From Candidatus Iainarchaeum sp. (GTDB lineage: Archaea; Iainarchaeota; Iainarchaeia; Iainarchaeales; JAGVWC01): 64,000 nt of DNA. This document shows, piece after piece, positions 58,269 to 64,000 of the stretch. The notes beneath the pieces are model-generated. The model was not told where the DNA came from. It searched no databases and saw only the letters and a program-made list of their open reading frames with translations. The position numbers and the translations under genes were made by a program. Numbering within the stretch: the first letter of the stretch is position 1; each line of letters starts with the position of its first letter. Location of the stretch: positions 160,001-224,000 of the forward strand of contig JAGVWC010000010.1 in the NCBI GenBank assembly GCA_018304465.1, written 5' to 3'.

Positions 58269-58766
58269 ATGATTTTCATGACATCCGAACAACTCTATAC
58301 GGATCAGCTGGGGCACGAACACCCGATTCCCGACTACCTCACTCCGAAAAAAAGGGTTTCCTGCTACGCCGCCATCATCTCGAACAACAAACTCTTGCTG
58401 GTTCGCCAGCAATGGGATCACAAACTCGTGTTTCCCGGCGGAAAAATAGACGACGAAGAAACCGTAAAAGACGCGCTTTTCCGCGAAGTCCGCGAAGAAG
58501 CCGGACACGAACTCGCTTCGTTTTCCACCATCCCGTTCTATGTCAAAAACAACCATTTCTTCGAACTCGACCACAAAGACTATTTCGAATCCACCATGCA
58601 ATACTACTTCGGCCAAATCACCCACGCCAAAAACGCGACCCCAAAAGACGTAAACGAAATCGAATCTATCGAATGGAAACCGATCGAAGAAATCAAAGAA
58701 GAACAAATCAGCCAAAGCCAACGCGAAGCCTACGTGGCCCTCAAACAGCATTTAAAAAACAAATAA
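58269..58766 (+). CDS. NUDIX hydrolase
   Basis: Nudix box PGGKIDDEETVKDALFREVREEAG. Confidence 0.92.
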   Translation: MIFMTSEQLYTDQLGHEHPIPDYLTPKKRVSCYAAIISNNKLLLVRQQWDHKLVFPGGKIDDEETVKDALFREVREEAGHELASFSTIPFYVKNNHFFELDHKDYFESTMQYYFGQITHAKNATPKDVNEIESIEWKPIEEIKEEQISQSQREAYVALKQHLKNK

Positions 58767-58781
58767 GCAACGAATTCTTAC

Positions 58782-58908
58782 GGACCCGTAGCGAAGAGGA
58801 TATCGCAGCGCTCTCCTACAGCTTTTTGTCTTGGGACAAAAACCTGGGAAAAAAAATCCCGGAATTGGAGTCAGGCGCAGGTCGTGGGTTCAAATCCCAC
58901 CGGGTCCG
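58782..58908 (+). tRNA. tRNA-Arg(CCT) with 54-nt intron at 37/38 (58819..58872)
   Basis: GGACCCG/CGGGTCC acceptor; GCGCT-CTCCTA|A-GGCGC; BHB central helix CTCC/GGAG. Confidence 0.92.
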
Positions 58909-59012
58909 AAACAACCTCCCTCGTGACAACAGGGATTGCACAGGAAATCGCCGTTTAGAGGCACTGAATAAGCTTTAATTCTTGAGAATGCCAAGGCCTA
59001 TGGAGAAAGAAA

Positions 59013-59756
59013 ATGTCAAGGAACGCACGACGAATCCGCAGACAAAAAGCGCTTGAAGCACGCGGTTCTTTTAACGCAAACAAACCAGTCAGGAGTGTTA
59101 CTCCGAAAGAAGCCGCTCTTCGTGCCTTGAACGAAAGCAACTTGGATTTTGAAAAAGCGATTGAAAAAATCGCCAAAAAAAGGGCTGTCCGTCGCAAGCA
59201 GCTTTCGCGAGTCCCAGCAACGGCCATAAGCAAATTCAGGGACGTTATCGAGTACGAGCGCGCTACGATCGCATTGGAACAGCAAGCGATCTGGGAGCTT
59301 GAACGGCTAAGGAAAATGGCCCCGGATTCGTGGATCAGAAGCGCAAGACAATTGTACAACCGCGATTTAATCAAATCAGTGCAGATTGATGAATCCCCGT
59401 TGGAAACCGCGGCTGTCCTGTTAACTATTTCAGCCGTTTCCCGCAAAGGAGATGCGAATAGCCTGACTAGCGGCTTACGAGCAAGCCGGTTACCCCCAAG
59501 CGCAACAACAAGTCTAAAGAATGCGATCGCCCTTGCAAGAGCAGGACCCTCATTAATCCGAACAAAAATTGCGGACGCGCAAAAAAAGCGCGCGAACAAA
59601 AAAGACCTTGAAGTTCTTGAGCGCTTATTGCAACACGCTGAAAGGACAGCAAAAATACTCGAAGAAATCGACTCAAAACCACCCGCAGAAAAAGAACGAC
59701 GAGTAACTGAACTCTTGAAAAAATTCAATCGGTGGGTTATGCCGAATCCAAAATAG
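59013..59756 (+). CDS. hypothetical basic helical protein
   Basis: 247-aa ORF with Arg-rich N-terminus. Confidence 0.7.
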   Translation: MSRNARRIRRQKALEARGSFNANKPVRSVTPKEAALRALNESNLDFEKAIEKIAKKRAVRRKQLSRVPATAISKFRDVIEYERATIALEQQAIWELERLRKMAPDSWIRSARQLYNRDLIKSVQIDESPLETAAVLLTISAVSRKGDANSLTSGLRASRLPPSATTSLKNAIALARAGPSLIRTKIADAQKKRANKKDLEVLERLLQHAERTAKILEEIDSKPPAEKERRVTELLKKFNRWVMPNPK

Positions 59757-59786
59757 TGCGCACAACGCCAAAAGCCAGCAAACGGT

Positions 59787-60140
59787 TCAGCTTCGCTTGT
59801 ACCCGAATTTCCGTTCGTAATCCTTGTGCGGGACCCATTCGAGCAGGATGGAAATTATTTCAATTTCGTTTCCTTTAATGGTGTAGAGCAGCCGCCAGCC
59901 GTTAGGCAAATCGTATTTGCGAAGATTATCGATGCGATACTTCCGGATGTACTCTTTTGGCCATTGGTTTGATGGCACCCGAATTCCGCACAAGGGGTTT
60001 TGCGTGAGATCCGCAACGGCTCTTTTCAAAAACGCGCCCAATTGTTGCTCTTCGGACTTTCCTTTTTCAAGCCCGTCAAAAGCCGCCTTCAAGGAAGGAT
60101 CGACAAAAGCCACGCGCTTTATCCGCTCTTTTGGAGTCAC
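59787..60140 (-). CDS. RelE-like putative toxin
   Basis: NP..G..V....WPKEY, NL.KYDLP.GWRLLYTI, H.DYER.F.Y. Confidence 0.7.
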   Translation of the reverse strand: MTPKERIKRVAFVDPSLKAAFDGLEKGKSEEQQLGAFLKRAVADLTQNPLCGIRVPSNQWPKEYIRKYRIDNLRKYDLPNGWRLLYTIKGNEIEIISILLEWVPHKDYERKFGYKRS

Positions 60141-60421
60141 TTGACCACAAGCCCTTTTTTCTTAAGCCGTTCGACATCTCTTGGCGCCCAAATCCAAATC
60201 GGATGCTTTTCTTCATCAATCAGGATTTTTCCGCTGTATTCCAGATAATCCAAAGCCGCCAGGAACGTTTGCCACATCACCTGTTTTGGAAGTTTCTGCC
60301 AAAGTTTTCTAACGGTAAAATCTCCCTTCGCATCCAGTATGGCCTTTTCAATCATCAAAACAGTGTCCAAGCGGGGAAACCGTAAAACTTCGCCCCTAAA
60401 AATCTGCATCTGATCCGACAT
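60137..60421 (-). CDS. wHTH putative antitoxin partner
   Basis: PRLDTVLMIE, LWQKLPKQVMWQT....LDYLEYSGKI; overlaps the toxin start. Confidence 0.65.
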   Translation of the reverse strand: MSDQMQIFRGEVLRFPRLDTVLMIEKAILDAKGDFTVRKLWQKLPKQVMWQTFLAALDYLEYSGKILIDEEKHPIWIWAPRDVERLKKKGLVVK

Positions 60422-61052
60422 ACAACCACAATATATCAATTGATATACAACATTATTTAAGCATTTGCCCGCGGGAATGAAACAGCCCCAGCGATCCGAC
60501 AAAACACCCACGCCTCAATCCGCAACCCGACAGCAATCGTTCGTTTTCTGGGTGTTTACCCCCCAGCCAAACACATAAATGGACAACCACCGAAAAAATA
60601 ATCATGAAATTTGACAAAAAAAATAGGAGCCCCATGGCAAAAAAAGTAGCGGGATAAAGTTCCCTCGATCCGAACATTATTTTTTCTTTTGTTTGGGATT
60701 GGATCCGTTTTGAATTTTTTCCCAGCGCTCAGCCAGGTTTTTTCGCAGGCGTCCCAGGCGATATCCGGCATGAAGACGCAACGCGGGCCGCTCGGCATCC
60801 AAAAAATCCGCTGACACCCATTCAAAACGGGTTCCCACCGTTGCGGCTGGATAAAACGACCGTTTTTTTGGGCTCGAACCGAAACAGCCATCCAACCGAT
60901 GCGCCGCGAAAGTACTTGCAGGATTCCAAACGACTGTTTTTCCAACGAAAAAAGCTTTTTTCATAAACCCGCATTGCAAAGTCGGAAAAGAATTTATTAG
61001 TCTTAAAAGAATAAATTGAAACTATTATATTCTTTTTTGAATTAAGTTCTTC

Positions 61053-61412
61053 ATGGCCGGAAAAATAAAACACGGAATCATTGCCACCATCGGGTTCTTG
61101 CTTTCCCCGCTTTCATGGTGGAACGATTTGATCATTAACATTCCCATCGCGTACGCCATCGGAACCGCGGTCGCCGTAATTGACAAAACGCTTTTTTTTC
61201 CCGCCGTGATTTTGGGGTACTGGGCCACCAACATCGCGGGAATGCTGTTGCTTTCCCACGGACTTGCCGGACTTGGGGAAAAAAGGCCTCGCCCGTTATT
61301 GGAACAACTAAAAGAACAACTGGTTTGGACCTTGCTCTACACCGCCTTCATCGCGGTTTTGATTTGGGCGGGAATCCTTCGGTTTCCCACGGAATATTTC
61401 CAAACGAACTAA
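61053..61412 (+). CDS. membrane protein
   Basis: GFLLSPLSWWND..INIP.AY; 3-4 TM helices. Confidence 0.75.
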   Translation: MAGKIKHGIIATIGFLLSPLSWWNDLIINIPIAYAIGTAVAVIDKTLFFPAVILGYWATNIAGMLLLSHGLAGLGEKRPRPLLEQLKEQLVWTLLYTAFIAVLIWAGILRFPTEYFQTN

Positions 61413-61419
61413 ACCCAAC

Positions 61420-62844
61420 TCAGTAACCGAGTTTTCGAACTTCGCCTTTTTGACCGTCCACCAAAAGAACGTCCCCTTCTTTGATTCCGTCAATTCCTTT
61501 TACTTGCGTTACGCACGGAAGATCATATTCGCGCGCCACAATGGCCGCATGAGACAAGTTTCCGCCCGCGCCACTCACCACGCCTTTAACCTGGCTGTAC
61601 AGCATCACCAAGTCCGGAAACAACGCATCGCACACCACAATTCCGTCTTTTACGGGTTTTTTCAAATCTTTCGAAGAACGAATCCACACCGCGCGCCCTT
61701 GCACCTGCTTTTTTCCGCCTGCCGAAAGACCCGTCAAGGTAAACGACGATCCCGCATGATCCGAAAACGACGGCTCTTGGGGTTTTACGGGTTTTGTTTC
61801 CACGTGCCACGTCGAATCAAACCAAACCGGCGACGACACGTCAAACAGCGAAAACGATTGATACCGCCCTTTTCGGCTTTGAACCAATTTTTGCATCGAA
61901 GAAACATCACCGGAATCCAATTCTTCAAGCCGCAAGAAAAAAACGTCTTCGCCCAGACCCGTGGAAGCCCCCAACGCCAAAAACGCTTTTCGAACCACAT
62001 CCAGATACAATCCCGACACCAACTTGCATTCTTCGCGAAACCGAACCCGCGGATCCCGCGAAAAAACCAGTCCTTTCGGAGTTTTGCGCGACTCGGACAC
62101 GCGCGGAGACGTCAAATCATACGGATTCAGGGAAAAAAAACCAAACTGCTCAAAAAACGCTTTTCTGGGCAACTCTGTTCGAGCCGAACTTGCTTCCAGC
62201 CAATCCACCCAAACCGTCGCGTTTTGGGGCACCACCACGGGAATACGCAGCGAATACGCCAAAGACGCCAAAAACGAAAACCGCATCACGGAAACGGCAT
62301 TCGCCAACGCGATTTGACCGATTTCAAGCGGATTTTCCGCCACGGAATTTTTTTTCCAAAATTCAAACGCTTTTTCCCGCTCCGCCTCGAAATCCGGCAC
62401 GGATTCCGAAAACAAAAACGCCAGTTTCACCTGACTCATCGCCTGCGAAAAAAAATCACGCGGAAAAGACGCGATGCAAAGCAACGAAGCGGGATTTATC
62501 ACCCGTTTTGAAACCACGCGGCCGTTTTGCACGACCAATTCGCGATCCAAACCCGGAGAAATCAAAAAACGCGTCTCGAAATTCTTGACAAAAAACAGTC
62601 TTCCCGCGACAAACACGCCACATTGTCCTTTCGACGGCCGCACGCCAAAACCGGTTTCTTCCATCACGGACCAATACGGCCCATCAGTGGAAAACACGCG
62701 TTCGAAAAAAACCTCGCTTGCGGGATTTGAAAATGAAAGCAAATCCGAGTTCTCGTTTTTTTCCAACACGAACGTCGAAGACTTGAAAACCAAGTTACGA
62801 TTTTTCGCCCGGTTCAATTCCTCGGCCAAAAAATCCGGATTCAT
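61420..62844 (-). CDS. PEP-utilizer mobile (phospho-His) domain protein, rifampin-phosphotransferase-like middle region
   Basis: GGNLSHAAIVAREYDLPCV, GD...VDG.KG.V; FFEQFG......YDL..PR.SE. Confidence 0.8.
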   Translation of the reverse strand: MNPDFLAEELNRAKNRNLVFKSSTFVLEKNENSDLLSFSNPASEVFFERVFSTDGPYWSVMEETGFGVRPSKGQCGVFVAGRLFFVKNFETRFLISPGLDRELVVQNGRVVSKRVINPASLLCIASFPRDFFSQAMSQVKLAFLFSESVPDFEAEREKAFEFWKKNSVAENPLEIGQIALANAVSVMRFSFLASLAYSLRIPVVVPQNATVWVDWLEASSARTELPRKAFFEQFGFFSLNPYDLTSPRVSESRKTPKGLVFSRDPRVRFREECKLVSGLYLDVVRKAFLALGASTGLGEDVFFLRLEELDSGDVSSMQKLVQSRKGRYQSFSLFDVSSPVWFDSTWHVETKPVKPQEPSFSDHAGSSFTLTGLSAGGKKQVQGRAVWIRSSKDLKKPVKDGIVVCDALFPDLVMLYSQVKGVVSGAGGNLSHAAIVAREYDLPCVTQVKGIDGIKEGDVLLVDGQKGEVRKLGY

Positions 62845-63689
62845 TAATTTCCCTCCGGATCGAACAGACGACAAGCGCCCGAAACAGTTACATCCGCAAG
62901 CGCGTTCGAATGGAGTTCAAACGGACAAAAAACCCGGACCGAAACATTGTTTTCAATGGCCACACACGAAAAAACCGCTTCGATTCGAATCGATTGGATA
63001 CCATCCGAAACAACGCAGCCTTTTTCATCCAACGGCTGCACCCAAATCGAAGAACGGCCGGTCACATCCGGCGACTCCGCCGCTTTTCGGACCTCCGAAT
63101 CCCCCCGGTTGGAAGGGCTTGGAGAACCCATCGAAGGCAAAATCGAATTCAATCCTTTGGAAGCGTCCGAATCGCTTTGACCCGGGGCATTCGAAGTCGA
63201 AACCGCCCGAAGTTCAATGGCTCCATACACGGAGACGCCCACCAGAAGTCCGATCACCAAGGACCGGAGGAAAAAAGAACCCAACCGCGAAAAACGCGCG
63301 TCTTCTTGCTGCACCCGCCAGCGCTTGTAATCCAACAGAAAAAACAACACAAAACTCGCCGCCACCACGATTCCGGCGGCAAACAAAATTTCCGTCCACA
63401 CAAGCGGCGAAACGAAAACCAATCCTACGACCGCGGCTGCGAGTCCCACGAAAAGCGTTTTTGCGCCATCCGCCGCAAAATCCAGCAAGGCGGAAACCCG
63501 GCGGTTAAACACGCGTTTTTGGGCGATTCCCTGCAACGCAAGCCACACGCCAAACCCCACCAGCAAATTCGCGGCAAAAGTCAACGCCGAAAAAGTCGCC
63601 ACGTAAATCAAAGGCGGAATAATCACCACGCCAAAAACCGACACCGCAAAAAAAAACAAAAAAAACAACAGCAACCGCTTCATTTCCAA
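62844..63689 (-). CDS. multi-pass membrane protein
   Basis: About 5 TM helices; TAATG stop/start coupling to the downstream gene. Confidence 0.7.
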   Translation of the reverse strand: MEMKRLLLFFLFFFAVSVFGVVIIPPLIYVATFSALTFAANLLVGFGVWLALQGIAQKRVFNRRVSALLDFAADGAKTLFVGLAAAVVGLVFVSPLVWTEILFAAGIVVAASFVLFFLLDYKRWRVQQEDARFSRLGSFFLRSLVIGLLVGVSVYGAIELRAVSTSNAPGQSDSDASKGLNSILPSMGSPSPSNRGDSEVRKAAESPDVTGRSSIWVQPLDEKGCVVSDGIQSIRIEAVFSCVAIENNVSVRVFCPFELHSNALADVTVSGACRLFDPEGN

Positions 63690-64000
63690 TCCCCGTACAA
63701 CTGAAGGAACAACCGCTTCGCGCCGGAATTAACGCAAAAAAAATCAAGGGACTCCCGCGCTCCTTTGGACACGATCATGGAACCATGGGTCAAACTCGCG
63801 GGACAATCCACGGCAGCGGGATCGGAAAAAAAGTCATCCGAAACCGAATCGAACACCTTGGCCACCTTGACGGGATCGTTTCCCACCCTGGCCGAAAGAA
63901 TCTCGCCGTTTCCAAACCCAAATTCCGACCGGACAAAGGTTCCGTCCGGAAAAAAATGGTAATCCACGAACCGGCCGCCGTTTTCCTGAAAAACAAACTG
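63680..64000 (-). CDS. hypothetical protein, 5'-truncated at window edge
   Basis: Reading frame open to the window end; overlaps the start of 62844..63689. Confidence 0.5.
   Translation of the reverse strand, partial: QFVFQENGGRFVDYHFFPDGTFVRSEFGFGNGEILSARVGNDPVKVAKVFDSVSDDFFSDPAAVDCPASLTHGSMIVSKGARESLDFFCVNSGAKRLFLQLYGDWK

Noticed and set aside
60430-61040. Overlapping short minus-strand ORFs upstream of the TA pair
   Set aside because: No motif, RBS or consistent frame; possibly decayed sequence, not callable.
61450-63704. Long plus-strand ORFs (353, 264, 344 and 264 aa)
   Set aside because: Antisense shadows of minus-strand genes with recognisable motifs or TM patterns; stop-poor antisense frames are common throughout this window.
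1-64000. CRISPR array, cas genes, transposases, integrases, rRNA
   Set aside because: No regularly spaced repeats and no recognisable motifs for these were seen.

Overview
64-kb chromosomal segment of an archaeon, most likely a DPANN lineage (Iainarchaeota/Micrarchaeota-like). The archaeal call rests on Nop5-fibrillarin, an archaeal/eukaryal-type GlyRS, BHB-type tRNA introns, PolB2, a KaiC-type ATPase, COG1361 S-layer ABC operons and TATA-type promoters; the finer taxonomy is inference. Housekeeping and metabolic genes include lysA, tmk, gpmI, glyS, msrA/msrB, mscL and three ABC systems. There are four tRNAs (Ser-GCT, Asn-GTT with two introns, Thr-CGT, Arg-CCT with a 54-nt intron), a candidate box C/D sRNA and several toxin-antitoxin modules, three of them downstream of tRNA 3' ends. 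Most notable: (1) an exported membrane protein with two tandem, motif-intact Hint domains in a Gly-rich N-terminus (RGGGG-[Hint]-KGGGGG-[Hint]-KGGGGG), followed by two Tim44-like domains and coupled to a DUF350-like gene between msrB and msrA/mscL; (2) a split PolB2 module whose two halves share an upstream ACCGGCAAnnCACC box; (3) a divergent minimal [NiFe]-hydrogenase locus; (4) a set of orphan proteins with Arg/Lys-rich termini, including kinase-, GNAT- and PRTase-like folds. All family assignments come from reading motifs by eye; no database search was run.
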